Shown piece after piece: positions 31,253 through 43,128 of a DNA stretch of 64,000 nt. Numbering within the stretch: the first letter of the stretch is position 1; every line of letters begins with the position of its first letter. The stretch is from the NCBI GenBank assembly GCA_964649575.1, contig CAZYRI010000001.1, positions 5,235 through 69,234 of the forward strand. The letters run 5' to 3'. The notes under the pieces were generated by a model. It had not been told where the DNA came from, made no database searches, and worked only from the letters and a program-made list of their open reading frames with translations. The DNA comes from an uncultured Clostridium sp. Lineage in GTDB: Bacteria; Bacillota_I; Bacilli_A; RF39; UBA660. A program made the translations under genes and the position numbers.

Positions 31253-31867
31253 TTATTTTTTTATACAAAACTCCCATAGAATTTTTAGTTTTTCATATCT
31301 ATCCATTTTCTTTTCTTCTAAATTGCATATCTTAAAATTCTTAAATAGTTCTTCAATGTCATCTTTATCAAAAAATCTTTTATATATTTTACCATCATAA
31401 TAAAAATGTTTTTCTATTTCTTTTGAGTGTGCTGGAATATGTAGTCTATCATTAATTGAATTAACTCTTGCGATTAAATAACCATTTTCTTTTAATACTC
31501 TGAATATTTCATTAAGAATATATTTTGTTTTTGATAAATCAAAGTAATGTAAACTGAGATCTGCGATTATTATATTCATTGAATTATTATTAAATGGTAA
31601 TCCATCACTCATATCAAAAAGCATTGTTTTGATATTTGGATTTTCTTTATTAACTATTTTTAATGCTTCTTCTGAAAAATCACAAGCTATTATATTTTTA
31701 AAACCCATACTAGTTAAATATTTGCTTGTATATGCTCTTCCACAACCAAGCTCTACAATATTATCATCTTTATGTAATAATTTTATATATTTATTAAACC
31801 ATTCATCATAAGTAGATGTATATTCCTTATGTATGTTATCCCAATACTTATTTAATTCTTCTTTCAT
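31253..31867 (-). CDS. class I SAM-dependent methyltransferase
   Basis: VELGCGRAYT motif I; start moved to ATG 31867 (GGTGA RBS). Confidence 0.7.
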   Translation of the reverse strand: MKEELNKYWDNIHKEYTSTYDEWFNKYIKLLHKDDNIVELGCGRAYTSKYLTSMGFKNIIACDFSEEALKIVNKENPNIKTMLFDMSDGLPFNNNSMNIIIADLSLHYFDLSKTKYILNEIFRVLKENGYLIARVNSINDRLHIPAHSKEIEKHFYYDGKIYKRFFDKDDIEELFKNFKICNLEEKKMDRYEKLKILWEFCIKK

Positions 31868-31947
31868 ATTTTCACCAATTTTTCTATATTTATGATAACA
31901 AATATTATATATATTTTCAAATGTTAAAAGTAGCACTTTTATGCTAC

Positions 31948-34347
31948 TTATTTTATAACTATATTAACTATTTTGTTTGGAACAACTATTTCTTTTATTA
32001 TTTCATGTCCTTCTAAATGTTTAATTACATTTTCTTGTTCATGAGCAAGTTTTAATACATCATCTTTATTTAAATCTTTTTCTGTTTCAAATGTAGCTCT
32101 TAATTTACCATTAATACTTACTGCGATTGTAACTGTATCTGTTTTTGTTAATTCTTCATTATAAGTTGGCCATGGTGCATAAGTTAGTGTATCAAGTGTG
32201 CCATCTATTATTGAATACATCTCTTCTGATATAAATGGAGCTACTGGATAAAGAAGTTTAATAAATCCTACTGCATATTCTTTGCTTATGTATTCTTCTT
32301 TGCTTACGGCATTCATAAATATCATAAGTGAACTTATTGCTGTATTGAATTTTAAATTTTCATAATCTTCTGTTACTTTTTTAACTGTCATATGATAAAT
32401 TTGTTCTAATTTTTTATTTTCTTTATCTTTTACTTTATCACTTTCAATTAATTGTCTATATACTCTTTCTAAGAATCTTTTACTTCCGACTACTCCTTCA
32501 TTACTCCAAGGTTTATCTGCTTCAAGAGGGCCCATAAACATTTCATATAGTCTTAATGTATCAGCTCCATATTCATTTACTACATCATTAGGATTTACTA
32601 CATATTCTGGATATCTTTTACCCATCTTAATTCCATTTGCTCCCAGTATCATTCCTTGATGAACTAATTTTTTAAATGGTTCTTTTACTGGAACTACTTT
32701 TTTATCGTATAAGTAATTATTCCACATTCTAGAATATAACAAATGACCTGTTGCATGTTCTGGTCCGCCTATATATAAATCAACCGGCATCCAGTGTTCT
32801 AATAATTTATAGTCAGCTAAACATTCCTCGTTATAAGGATCAATGTATCTTAAAAAGTACCAACTTGAACCAGCACTTCCTGGCATTGTAGATGTTTCTC
32901 TTTTACCTTTTTTACCATCAACTGTAACATTTACCCAATCTGTTTTTTTACTAAGTGGAGCTGTTCCGTCTTTTCCTGGTGTATAGTCTTCAAGTTCTGG
33001 TAGTATTAGTGGTAATTCACTATCTTTAAGTGCTATATATTCTCCATCTTCAAGTTCTATAATTGGAATAGGTTCTCCCCAATATCTTTGTCTTGCAAAT
33101 ATCCAATCTCTTAATCTATAATTTATTTTCTTAGTACCACAATTATGTTCTTCTAACCATTTAATCATAGTATTAATAGCAGCTTCTTTATTAAGTCCAT
33201 CTATGAATCCAGAATTAATATGAACTCCATCTTTTGTATATGCTTCTACCTCAATATTACCACCTTTTAATACTTCAATTACTGGAATATTAAATTTCTT
33301 AGCAAAAGCATAATCTCTTTCATCGTGAGCAGGTACAGCCATTATAGCACCTGTTCCATATGACATTAATACATAATCACTAATCCAGATAGGTATTTCT
33401 TTATTATTAACTGGATTTATTGCATAAGCACCTGTAAATACTCCTGTCTTACCAGCAGATGATCCAGTTCTTTCTAATTCACTTTTACTTTTACATTCAT
33501 TGATATAGTTTTCAACAATTTCTTTTTGTTCTTTTGTCGTTATATCTTTTACCATTGGATGTTCTGGTGATAAAACTGTATATGTCGCTCCGAATAAAGT
33601 ATCACATCTTGTTGTAAATACTGTAAAATCATAATCAGTATTTTTTACTTTAAATGTTACTTCTGCTCCTATGCTTTTTCCTATCCAATATCTTTGTATA
33701 TCTTTTGTTCCTTCTGGCCAATCTATTTCATCAAGCCCTTCTAATAATCTATCTGCATATTTAGTGATATTTATTACCCATTGACTCATATTTTTACGAA
33801 TTACTGGGTAACCTCCTCTTTCACTTTTTCCATCAATTACTTCATCATTAGCAAGAACTGTTCCAAGTTCTTCACACCAATTAACTGGCATATCAATTTT
33901 TTTAGCAAGTCCGTCTTCAAATAGTTTTTTAAATATCCATTGTGTCCATTTATAAAACTTAGGGTCACTTGTAGATATTTCTTTTGTCCAATCGTAAGAA
34001 AGTCCTATATTTCTAAGTTGATTTTTAAATGTTTTAACATTTTCTGTTGTGAATACTCCTGGGTGATTACCTGTTTGAATCGCATATTGTTCAGCAGGTA
34101 AACCAAATGCATCCCATCCCATCGGATGAAGTACATTATATCCTTGCATTCTCTTCATCCTAGATACTATATCTGTCGCAGTATATCCTTCAGGATGTCC
34201 AGCATGAAGTCCTACTCCACTTGGATAAGGAAACATATCTAATGCATAATATTTAGGTTTGCTAAAATCACTAATATCTGTTTTAAAGCATTCATGCTCA
34301 TCCCAATAATTTTTCCATTTTTCTTCTATTTTTTTAAAATCATACAT
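31948..34347 (-). CDS. leuS: leucyl-tRNA synthetase
   Basis: HAGHP (HIGH) and KMGKR(Y) (KMSKS) motifs, 799 aa. Confidence 0.95.
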   Translation of the reverse strand: MYDFKKIEEKWKNYWDEHECFKTDISDFSKPKYYALDMFPYPSGVGLHAGHPEGYTATDIVSRMKRMQGYNVLHPMGWDAFGLPAEQYAIQTGNHPGVFTTENVKTFKNQLRNIGLSYDWTKEISTSDPKFYKWTQWIFKKLFEDGLAKKIDMPVNWCEELGTVLANDEVIDGKSERGGYPVIRKNMSQWVINITKYADRLLEGLDEIDWPEGTKDIQRYWIGKSIGAEVTFKVKNTDYDFTVFTTRCDTLFGATYTVLSPEHPMVKDITTKEQKEIVENYINECKSKSELERTGSSAGKTGVFTGAYAINPVNNKEIPIWISDYVLMSYGTGAIMAVPAHDERDYAFAKKFNIPVIEVLKGGNIEVEAYTKDGVHINSGFIDGLNKEAAINTMIKWLEEHNCGTKKINYRLRDWIFARQRYWGEPIPIIELEDGEYIALKDSELPLILPELEDYTPGKDGTAPLSKKTDWVNVTVDGKKGKRETSTMPGSAGSSWYFLRYIDPYNEECLADYKLLEHWMPVDLYIGGPEHATGHLLYSRMWNNYLYDKKVVPVKEPFKKLVHQGMILGANGIKMGKRYPEYVVNPNDVVNEYGADTLRLYEMFMGPLEADKPWSNEGVVGSKRFLERVYRQLIESDKVKDKENKKLEQIYHMTVKKVTEDYENLKFNTAISSLMIFMNAVSKEEYISKEYAVGFIKLLYPVAPFISEEMYSIIDGTLDTLTYAPWPTYNEELTKTDTVTIAVSINGKLRATFETEKDLNKDDVLKLAHEQENVIKHLEGHEIIKEIVVPNKIVNIVIK

Positions 34348-34702
34348 TTTTTTTATTCTCCTTTTTCTTATAATAATTGCCTACTAAGTTATATAAAATA
34401 AATATTAACAATAACAATGTAATAAAACATGTTATTATCTTAATAACATAGTTTTCAATATATAAAACTATTGTTGTTGATATAGATATTATAAATGAAT
34501 TAGTTATTGTTAGTGTTCTTAATAGTTCATTATAATTAGTTTTTCTCATATCAAGTTTATATGCTTTAATGAAAAAAAATATTTCATCATTATTTTTGAG
34601 GTTTTTATATTCTTTTCTATTTTTATTAAAGAATACTGAATATATTATATATATCAATATATATAATATTAAAAAGTCTACTATGAATTTTAATATTTCC
34701 AT
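34340..34702 (-). CDS. small 3-TM membrane protein, first gene behind the Leu T-box
   Basis: AGGAGG RBS; 120 aa. Confidence 0.5.
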   Translation of the reverse strand: MEILKFIVDFLILYILIYIIYSVFFNKNRKEYKNLKNNDEIFFFIKAYKLDMRKTNYNELLRTLTITNSFIISISTTIVLYIENYVIKIITCFITLLLLIFILYNLVGNYYKKKENKKNV

Positions 34703-34910
34703 TTTTCCTCCTAAATAAAAAGATGATACACAAAGGACGACTATTGCCGTGGTACCACCTTATTTTATAGTTAAACTATCTCATTTACTTAACGCGTATA
34801 AACGGTATCTCTAAAAAAGCAAGTTCAACACATTTTATTATTAGTTTACATCAGCCACTAACTTTCTATAAATAAATATGTATTTACTACTCTTTTCATC
34901 ACTGAAATAT
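34703..34910 (-). promoter_or_regulatory. T-box riboswitch leader (leucine)
   Basis: AAGGUGGUACCACGG box (34747-34759) + terminator; GA motif CAGUGAUGAAAAGAG; specifier GAA-CUU-G; promoter TTGAAT-17-TATAAT(34917-34922) overlapping 3' end of GH31 gene. Confidence 0.8.
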
Positions 34911-34922
34911 GGCTTAATTATA

Positions 34923-37328
34923 CTATACTTCCGCAACATATTCAAGTAGCTTCATAAACATTCTTATGAAAACTGATGGTAAACCTTTTCTTCTTAGTTT
35001 TCTAATAGCTATTCTTTTTGATTTAATACTTTCATCGCTAAATATAATTTTATCTATCTCTTCCTTTAAGGATGTTTTTATATCTAAATCTGTTATTATT
35101 CCCTCTAAATCTTCATTTATAACTCTTTGGGCATCTATTTCAATATTTTTGCCTTTACAATAGACAAACACTTTACTTGTAGTACTTATATCATTAAATT
35201 CTATTACGAAGTCATTTTCATCTGTATATCTTTTACAATTAACATTTACTTCATTTTCAAATACTTGTACTCCATCAGTAAATTTAGTATTTCTAAATCT
35301 TATAATATAGTTTCTTTTTTCTGGTATTATTCCAAGTTTACCATCAAGTGGTTCGATTGAAACTGAGAAATCATTTTCTTTATAATAATAATTTATTTCA
35401 GTTGTAAAACTATATCCTTCCTTATACATGGAAGATACTCCATCATCTTCATATAATTTATATGTATTACTTCTTCCTGGAAATATTTGTATTTCTAGTG
35501 TTTTAGGTGAAGCAGTACTATTTATATTTTGTGGGTCAAGTTTAGCCATAGGAATTATTGCTCCTGTTTTAGCATAAACTGGGTAATCTTCATCTTTATA
35601 GAATGTTACATATCTCATACCACCAGTAAACTTTTTACCAGTTTTAAAATCATACCATATTCCATTAGGTAAGAATATTCTATGTACTACTCTATTCATT
35701 ACTTCATCTTTTGGATTAACTATTGGACATACAAATAATTCACTACCATAATAATATTCATTTTTATATAGCGGTTCATCATAAGTTTCTGGATATTTAT
35801 AATATAATGGTTGAATTAATGGGGAACCAAATGACGAGTATTTTTTTGCTTCACTATATATATATGGTATTAATCTATGTCTTATTTTTAAATAATCATG
35901 AACTATTTTATATGTTTTAACATCCCATTTCCATGGTTCTCTTTTATAATATTTTCCAGTATCACTAGATAGTCTTAATATTGGACTATATACACCAAGT
36001 TGAACATATCTCATAAATAGTTCTGCATCTTCTGTACCACTCTTAAAGCCACCTATATCATGACTCCACCAAGATACTCCTATATTAGCGGCAGTTGAAT
36101 TATAAAATGGTAATAATTTTAAAGTCTTCCAATTTATAAATGTTTCACCAGAATATAATGCTGCATATTTATGCGGACATATTCCAAAATTTCTAGACAT
36201 TACAAAATTTCTTTTGGCTTTGTTAATACTAAAGTTTTTATAAAGAAAATAATTCATTGTAAAACTTCTAAGAGTATTTTCTTTATTATTATCATCTACC
36301 CATAGAAAATCTATTCCTTTATCTAAAAGTGGATTTATTATACCTTTTAAATATGAATCCACTAGTTTAGGGTCATATACATTAAGTGGTATATTTTTAT
36401 TTAAATCTTTGTTATAAAATTTTTGAAATTCTAAATAATTTTCTTCTTCTACACTTATTAATCCTTCTGTTTTAATATTAGTTCCTAAATAAATACCATT
36501 TTTATGTAGGAATTCGCTTAAACCTCTTGGATTAGGTAATTTATTTTTATCAAGTGAGAAACTTATTGGTGAATAGTTATTTTTGGTCCTATTACATTCA
36601 TTTAGTAATAAAACTGACATTGGTAAGTCATATTTTTTGAAATTATATACTAAATTTTGAATATCACTTTCTCCATATGCTTCGTTTTTATTCCACCATA
36701 CTCCAAGGGCATACCTAGGAATTAGTGGTGGTAGTGATGTTAGATTAAAGTAATCTCTAAGTCCAACACCGAAATCATTATTATATATAAATAAATATGT
36801 GTCTATATTTTTATAATTTGGAGATAAAACATTACCATGAGCATCTATTATTGGAGTTCTTGAGTCATCAAATGTTGTGAAACCATCTAAACTAAATAAT
36901 CCTTTTTCAAAATCTATATTACCTTTAGTATTATCTAAACTATATGCTGTTCCTTTAAAGTTTTTAACTTCAGGATGATTAAAGTACCATGTTCTTTCTG
37001 TACCAGCTATTGTTACTCTTAAATATTGATCTGGTAATAACCTACTTCCTATAAACGGTTTTTCTTTTGTATATTCAAGAACAAATACATTATTTTTGAT
37101 GATTAATACATTATTGTCTTCTTCAACAGTAATTTTTGGTTTTCCAAATGATCTATTACTAGCAAAAAAAGTAGGATAATCGTTGAATGATCCTGTTTCA
37201 CTATATTCAAATCTTATTAAAACATCAGATAATATACTGATTCTATATGTTTTGCCTCTGAATACATTTGATGATGGTGTTTTACTTTTGGTTAAATCAA
37301 CTTCAAAGTGTGTACCAAAATCATACAT
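34923..37328 (-). CDS. glycoside hydrolase family 31 (alpha-glucosidase/alpha-xylosidase)
   Basis: GH31 catalytic motifs WVDDNN and WSHDIGGF; 801 aa. Confidence 0.85.
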   Translation of the reverse strand: MYDFGTHFEVDLTKSKTPSSNVFRGKTYRISILSDVLIRFEYSETGSFNDYPTFFASNRSFGKPKITVEEDNNVLIIKNNVFVLEYTKEKPFIGSRLLPDQYLRVTIAGTERTWYFNHPEVKNFKGTAYSLDNTKGNIDFEKGLFSLDGFTTFDDSRTPIIDAHGNVLSPNYKNIDTYLFIYNNDFGVGLRDYFNLTSLPPLIPRYALGVWWNKNEAYGESDIQNLVYNFKKYDLPMSVLLLNECNRTKNNYSPISFSLDKNKLPNPRGLSEFLHKNGIYLGTNIKTEGLISVEEENYLEFQKFYNKDLNKNIPLNVYDPKLVDSYLKGIINPLLDKGIDFLWVDDNNKENTLRSFTMNYFLYKNFSINKAKRNFVMSRNFGICPHKYAALYSGETFINWKTLKLLPFYNSTAANIGVSWWSHDIGGFKSGTEDAELFMRYVQLGVYSPILRLSSDTGKYYKREPWKWDVKTYKIVHDYLKIRHRLIPYIYSEAKKYSSFGSPLIQPLYYKYPETYDEPLYKNEYYYGSELFVCPIVNPKDEVMNRVVHRIFLPNGIWYDFKTGKKFTGGMRYVTFYKDEDYPVYAKTGAIIPMAKLDPQNINSTASPKTLEIQIFPGRSNTYKLYEDDGVSSMYKEGYSFTTEINYYYKENDFSVSIEPLDGKLGIIPEKRNYIIRFRNTKFTDGVQVFENEVNVNCKRYTDENDFVIEFNDISTTSKVFVYCKGKNIEIDAQRVINEDLEGIITDLDIKTSLKEEIDKIIFSDESIKSKRIAIRKLRRKGLPSVFIRMFMKLLEYVAEV

Positions 37329-37348
37329 AATTATCCTTCCTCTCTATA

Positions 37349-39109
37349 TTATTCTTTTAATTTTACCATCCAATTATTATAAATTTCGCAGTTTGCACTT
37401 GTTGGAGGTGGGTCAGCTTTTTCCATTTTGACTATCATTGGTATTTTAAATATTCTTCCGAATGCTACACAAGTACCTGATTGAAGTGTCTTTTGTTTTT
37501 CAACAACATCTTCACTCATATTTGGTACACTTTTAGCAATATATTCAAGATCAGCTGGATGATTTATTTTAAATATTAAGAAATTAGCACATTGACTTAT
37601 AACATTTTCATTTAAGTCAGTTGGTCTTTGTGTAATTAAATCTAATAAAAGTCCATACTTTCTTCCTTCTTTAGCAATTCTTTCAAATATGTTATATCCA
37701 AATAATTTTTTATCATCGCCTTCTAAAACATAACGGTGTGCTTCTTCTAAAATCATATGTATTGGAAATGTTGCTCTTTGTGCAAGTCCTTTTGTATATT
37801 TCATAAACATTCTTCCAAATATTTTAACTATTGTTCTTGCAAATCTATCATCAACATCTTCTAAATTAAAGTTAACAATCTGACTCTTTTTATTTCCATT
37901 TATTTGTATTCCTTTAATATATTCATCTATTGTAATATAACCATCATTAGTAAAGAATGCACTATTACTTCTTGTAGCTAAATCATGTAATTTAACTTTT
38001 AAACTCATTGCTGAATCATACATAGCTTCATTAAGTAAATATCTTTCACTATATAATGTGAAGTTTAATGCAACTTCAAGATCATGTAATGAGTAACTTA
38101 CTCCTGTACTATCATAATTCCATTTTCTATCTTCATCTATAAAACTTTTTATATAATCACTAATAATTTTTCTTTCAGCAAATCTTCCTTCACTATCTAT
38201 ATCAAAGCAATTTCTAAATTGTCTTGTAAATCCTATACCTGGTACTTCTGTTTCTAGGGAAAGTTCTGGTGTATTTGTTTCACTTAATATTTCAAAAATT
38301 TGATCTCTTATTTTTGATGATGTTTGATTTGTATACATAATGGATGTTATTGCTTTTGCTAAAATATGATTTTTGAAATCCATAGCTTCCTTATCATTTC
38401 TAGCAAACATTTTAACATATGTAAGTGCTGTGTCAACCATAGCTATTTGTGAAAAGTTTGTTGCTTCTAAAAGATTTAATACATCTTCTAAATCTAATAA
38501 ACAAACTGGTATATTAAGTTTTTCATAATTTTTTTTCATGTTTGTTGTAATAACTTTAAATGAATAGTATGGATTATTATTTGATAGACTTGAAAAAGCA
38601 TTTATATATTCACCATAAGAATCAAATATAAATATATTTGCTTTATATGGAATAATTTGTGATTTTGGAAATATATTTTGAATTATTCTACATATACCAT
38701 AAGTTTTACCACTACCAGTATTACCAAATATAGCAGTATGGTTACTGAATAATTCATCTATACTTACATTTAATGGAAAATCATTATAAAGTGGAGAAAC
38801 ACCAAGTCTAATACTTCTATTTTCAACACCAGTAAGAATTTTCAATTCTTCATTATTTATAATTCTTATTTTAGCATCTAAACTAGGTTTCTTAATTAAT
38901 CCACCAATAAAATCATTAGAAGTTAGTTCTCCTAAAAAAGTTATTTTTATTGTATCTTGTTCAATAGAATCTATTTCTCCTAATATTTTTTTATTTTGAT
39001 CTTCAAAAACTACATGAAGATTTATTAAATCTGTTATTTGTGCTCCATTGCTTTTATTTATAGAAACAATTGCACTGTTTTTATTAATCGTAAGAATATT
39101 TCCTAACAT
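37349..39109 (-). CDS. HerA-like (DUF87/FtsK-HerA superfamily) ATPase
   Basis: N-terminal HAS-barrel-like region, Walker A FGNTGSGKTYG, LILEEAHRYV Walker B/D-E box. Confidence 0.7.
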   Translation of the reverse strand: MLGNILTINKNSAIVSINKSNGAQITDLINLHVVFEDQNKKILGEIDSIEQDTIKITFLGELTSNDFIGGLIKKPSLDAKIRIINNEELKILTGVENRSIRLGVSPLYNDFPLNVSIDELFSNHTAIFGNTGSGKTYGICRIIQNIFPKSQIIPYKANIFIFDSYGEYINAFSSLSNNNPYYSFKVITTNMKKNYEKLNIPVCLLDLEDVLNLLEATNFSQIAMVDTALTYVKMFARNDKEAMDFKNHILAKAITSIMYTNQTSSKIRDQIFEILSETNTPELSLETEVPGIGFTRQFRNCFDIDSEGRFAERKIISDYIKSFIDEDRKWNYDSTGVSYSLHDLEVALNFTLYSERYLLNEAMYDSAMSLKVKLHDLATRSNSAFFTNDGYITIDEYIKGIQINGNKKSQIVNFNLEDVDDRFARTIVKIFGRMFMKYTKGLAQRATFPIHMILEEAHRYVLEGDDKKLFGYNIFERIAKEGRKYGLLLDLITQRPTDLNENVISQCANFLIFKINHPADLEYIAKSVPNMSEDVVEKQKTLQSGTCVAFGRIFKIPMIVKMEKADPPPTSANCEIYNNWMVKLKE

Positions 39110-39206
39110 ACTTATTCCCCTCTATTCTATTAATCATTTTAACATATAATGTTTTTTTAAACAATACAATTATTAAAAAAATACCCAACTATTGTTAGGT
39201 ATTTTA

Positions 39207-41378
39207 TTAGTTTTGAAATTGTGAATTATAAAGTTCAGCATAGAATCCATTTTGTTTTATTAATTCATCATGACTTCCTGTTTCAATTATATTTCCATCT
39301 TTCATAACAAGAATTATGTCAGCATTTTTTATTGTTGAAAGCCTATGTGCAATTATAAATGAAGTTCTTCCTTCTGTTAATTTATCCATTGCTTTTTGTA
39401 CTAATTCTTCTGTTCTTGTGTCTACTGATGATGTTGCTTCATCAAGTATTAAGAATGGTGAATCTTTTATCATACCTCTTGCAATTGTTAACAATTGTTT
39501 TTGTCCAGCAGATATTGATTCGTTATCTTCTATTTTATAATCTAATGTTTTAGGAAGAGATTTTACAAAATGGTCTACTCCTACTACTTTTAATGCTTTC
39601 CATATTTCTTCATCTGTAACATTTTCTTTATTAAATTTTATATTTTCTCTTATAGTTCCTTCAAATAGCCAAGTATCTTGAAGTACCATTATAAATAATT
39701 CATGTATATTTTCTCTTGTTAAGTTACTTACTGGTATATTGTCTATTTTAATTTCACCACTATTTACTTCATAGAATTTCATAAGTAAGTTAACTATTGT
39801 TGTTTTACCAGCACCAGTTGGACCTACTATTGCAATTTTTTGACCAGGTTTTACATTACAATTGAAATCTTTAATTATTGTTTTATCTTCATCATAACCA
39901 AATTTAACATGTTCAAAATCTATATTTCCTTTAACATTTTTAGGGTTTAAAAGACCTGTTAAAGTGCTTTCATCTTTCATTTCGTTTTCTTCTAGGAATT
40001 CAAATACTCTTTCTGATGCTGCGGCTGCTGTTTGAAGTTGTGTCATGCTTTGAGCTATTTGAGAAAGTGGACTTGTAAATAATCTAGCATACATTATAAA
40101 TGCTATAATTACTCCAAAAGTAATGTTTCCTTTTATTACAAGTATTGCTCCTACAATACATACTGCAACATAACTGAAATTACCAATAAAGCCCATCATT
40201 GGAGACATAAGACCAGATAAGAATTGGCTTTTTCTATTACAATCATATACTTTGTTATTAAGTTCATTAAATTTATTTAATGATTCTTCTTCTCCATTAT
40301 AAGCTTTCACTACTGTATGTGAACTATATACTTCTTCAATATGTCCATTTAATTTTCCAAGTTCAGTTTGTCTTCTGATAAAATATTTTTGTGATTTTTT
40401 TAATATGAATCCCATAAATGCAAAACCAAATATTGATGATAATATACAAGTTATTGCCATTAATGCATTTGTAGTAAACATCATTATTACACAACCAATA
40501 AATAATGCCACTGCACCTATAAATGTACCTAAACTATTTTGTAGTGACATATTTATTGTGTCTACATCATTTGTTACTCTTGATAATATATCTCCATAAC
40601 TATGGCTATCAAAATACTTAAGTGGTAATTTATTTATTTTTTGTGATATTTTAGTTCTAAGATCTTTTGCAAAACTATTTGATACAACTACCATTAAATA
40701 ATTTTCAATATAACTAAATATTGCACTAAGCAAATATAAACAAACTAAGAATATAGTTATATTTTTTATTTTATTAGTATTCATATTTGGTTTAATTAAT
40801 TCATTAATATTCTCAGATAATTTATCAAGTTCACTATATATTTTAGTTGGCTCATTTATATCTATGTTTTTCATTATATTTATTAGTTCTACTTTATCTT
40901 TTGAATTAATCTTTATACCTTCAATTGTTGTATCTTTAAATATTAATAATTTTACTGCATCTGGTATTTCAATTACTTTTTCCATTGCATTATTAGTATC
41001 AATTGTGCTTAATACTTCATAATACTTAGTTTTATCTTCAATGCTTATATTACTTAATAATTCATCAGGAACTATTAAGTTGTCTTTTAAATCTTTACTA
41101 ATATCATTTGTAAGTAATTCTAAATTGTCTTTATTTATTACTATTCCTGCTTGTATTTCATTTGTTAAGTCTTTTATTTTATTTGGACCAACTATTGATA
41201 AAATACTGCTTATTGCTGATAATATTACAGCTATTATTATAAGTGGCATTAGCTTATTTAAATATTTTTTTATTTTAAGTAATGCTACTTTAAAATTCTT
41301 TGGTTTTTCACCTACTGCTCCTGGACCATGTCCTCTTGGAGCTCTTGTTCTAGGAGTTTTTTCTTTTTCATTATTCAT
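39207..41378 (-). CDS. heterodimeric ABC exporter subunit (BmrD/YheH-like) with N-terminal extension and large TM1-TM2 extracellular loop
   Basis: GPTGAGKTT, LSAGQKQLLTIAR, ILDEATS; 723 aa. Confidence 0.85.
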   Translation of the reverse strand: MNNEKEKTPRTRAPRGHGPGAVGEKPKNFKVALLKIKKYLNKLMPLIIIAVILSAISSILSIVGPNKIKDLTNEIQAGIVINKDNLELLTNDISKDLKDNLIVPDELLSNISIEDKTKYYEVLSTIDTNNAMEKVIEIPDAVKLLIFKDTTIEGIKINSKDKVELINIMKNIDINEPTKIYSELDKLSENINELIKPNMNTNKIKNITIFLVCLYLLSAIFSYIENYLMVVVSNSFAKDLRTKISQKINKLPLKYFDSHSYGDILSRVTNDVDTINMSLQNSLGTFIGAVALFIGCVIMMFTTNALMAITCILSSIFGFAFMGFILKKSQKYFIRRQTELGKLNGHIEEVYSSHTVVKAYNGEEESLNKFNELNNKVYDCNRKSQFLSGLMSPMMGFIGNFSYVAVCIVGAILVIKGNITFGVIIAFIMYARLFTSPLSQIAQSMTQLQTAAAASERVFEFLEENEMKDESTLTGLLNPKNVKGNIDFEHVKFGYDEDKTIIKDFNCNVKPGQKIAIVGPTGAGKTTIVNLLMKFYEVNSGEIKIDNIPVSNLTRENIHELFIMVLQDTWLFEGTIRENIKFNKENVTDEEIWKALKVVGVDHFVKSLPKTLDYKIEDNESISAGQKQLLTIARGMIKDSPFLILDEATSSVDTRTEELVQKAMDKLTEGRTSFIIAHRLSTIKNADIILVMKDGNIIETGSHDELIKQNGFYAELYNSQFQN

Positions 41379-43128
41379 TTTCTAGTTCCTCCTTTGATAA
41401 CTGTGAATATGCTATTTCTTGATATACTTTGCATTTTTTTAATAATTCAGAATGTGTACCTATACCAACCATTTTACCTTTATCAAGCACAATTATTTTA
41501 TCTGCATTTTTTATTGTGCCTATTCTTTGAGCTACGATAATACTAGTTGCTTCTTTGGTATATTCTTTTAGTTCTTTTCTAAGTATATAGTCTGTTTTAT
41601 AGTCAAGTGCACTAAAAGTATCATCAAATATATATATTTCAGGGTCTCTTGCGATTGCTCTTGCAATTGATAATCTTTGTTTTTGTCCACCAGATACATT
41701 AGTTCCACCTTGTGATATATTTGATTCATATTTTTTAGGCATTTTGTCTACAAATTCTTTTGCTTGGGCTACCTTAATAGCTTCTTTTATTTTTTCATCT
41801 GTTACTTTATAATTAGCTTTTTTACCATAGCTAACATTATAATTAATTGTTCCATTAAACATTATTGCTTTTTGTGGTACATAACCAAGTCTGTCATGAA
41901 GTGAACTAATTTCATAATCTCTTACATCTACTCCATCAACATATATAGTTCCACCAGTAACATCATAGAATCTAGGTATTAAGTTAATAAGAGTACTTTT
42001 ACCACTACCAGTTGAACCAATAATTGCAACTGTTTCTCCTTTATTAGCTTTAAATGATATGTTTTCTAAAACAGATTCATCAGAGTCTGGATATTTAAAA
42101 CTTACATTTTTAAATTCAATTGTTCCAACTTCTTCTGATTTTCTTACTTTTCCATTTTTAATTTTAGATTTAGTATTTAATACTTCGTTTATTCTATCTG
42201 CTGATATTGCAGCTCTTGGATACATTATAAATATCATTGCTAACATTAAGAACGACATTATAACTTGCATAGCATAACTACTAAATACAACCATATTACT
42301 AAATAATGTTATTTTATCAGCAAGTAATGCTTTTTCAATAAGAATGCTTCCCATAAAATAAATTGCTAGTGAAACACCATTCATTATTAAATACATCATT
42401 GGTGACATTAAACTCATTACTTTTTGATTGAACAATTGTGTATTTGTTAATTTATTATTCACTTTTTCAAATTTATTTTGTTCTGTTTCTTCAGCATTAA
42501 ATGCTCTTATAACTCTAATACCTTTTAGATTTTCTCTTGTAAGACCATTTATATTATCAATTAGTTTTTGAACTATTTTAAATCTTGGTAAAACTATCAT
42601 CATAAGAGTAATAACCATAGCTAAAAGTATTAATACTGCTCCACCTGTTATTGCAGTCCATTCGAAACTTTTATTTAATATTTTTCCAATTGCCCAAATA
42701 GCTGTTATTGGTGCTTTAATCATCATTTGAAGACCAAATGTTAACATACTTTCTACATTAGTAACATCGTTTGTTGTTCTTGTAATAAGACTGCTTGTTT
42801 GAAATTTCTTAATTTCTTCCATTCCAAATTCTTCAACTTTATTAAATAACTTTTCTCTTATATTTCTAGAAAAACCACTAGCAACATTAGCAATTATATA
42901 ACCTACTACACAAGATGATGCAAAACTTGCAAATGCACAAGTTACCATATATAATCCTTGAACTAATATGTCCTTAATTTCTCCACTTGTTTGTACAAGA
43001 CTAGTTATTTCGCTCATATAATCTGGTATTTTAAGTTCAAGCCATACTTGAAATATTATAAATATACTCGATATTATAATCATTAAATAATCTTTTTTCT
43101 TTAAATTTTTAAATAATTTTATCATCAT
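41371..43128 (-). CDS. heterodimeric ABC exporter subunit (BmrC/YheI-like)
   Basis: GSTGSGKST, VSGGQKQRLSIAR, FDDTFSALD (degenerate site typical of heterodimers); 585 aa. Confidence 0.85.
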   Translation of the reverse strand: MMIKLFKNLKKKDYLMIIISSIFIIFQVWLELKIPDYMSEITSLVQTSGEIKDILVQGLYMVTCAFASFASSCVVGYIIANVASGFSRNIREKLFNKVEEFGMEEIKKFQTSSLITRTTNDVTNVESMLTFGLQMMIKAPITAIWAIGKILNKSFEWTAITGGAVLILLAMVITLMMIVLPRFKIVQKLIDNINGLTRENLKGIRVIRAFNAEETEQNKFEKVNNKLTNTQLFNQKVMSLMSPMMYLIMNGVSLAIYFMGSILIEKALLADKITLFSNMVVFSSYAMQVIMSFLMLAMIFIMYPRAAISADRINEVLNTKSKIKNGKVRKSEEVGTIEFKNVSFKYPDSDESVLENISFKANKGETVAIIGSTGSGKSTLINLIPRFYDVTGGTIYVDGVDVRDYEISSLHDRLGYVPQKAIMFNGTINYNVSYGKKANYKVTDEKIKEAIKVAQAKEFVDKMPKKYESNISQGGTNVSGGQKQRLSIARAIARDPEIYIFDDTFSALDYKTDYILRKELKEYTKEATSIIVAQRIGTIKNADKIIVLDKGKMVGIGTHSELLKKCKVYQEIAYSQLSKEELENE

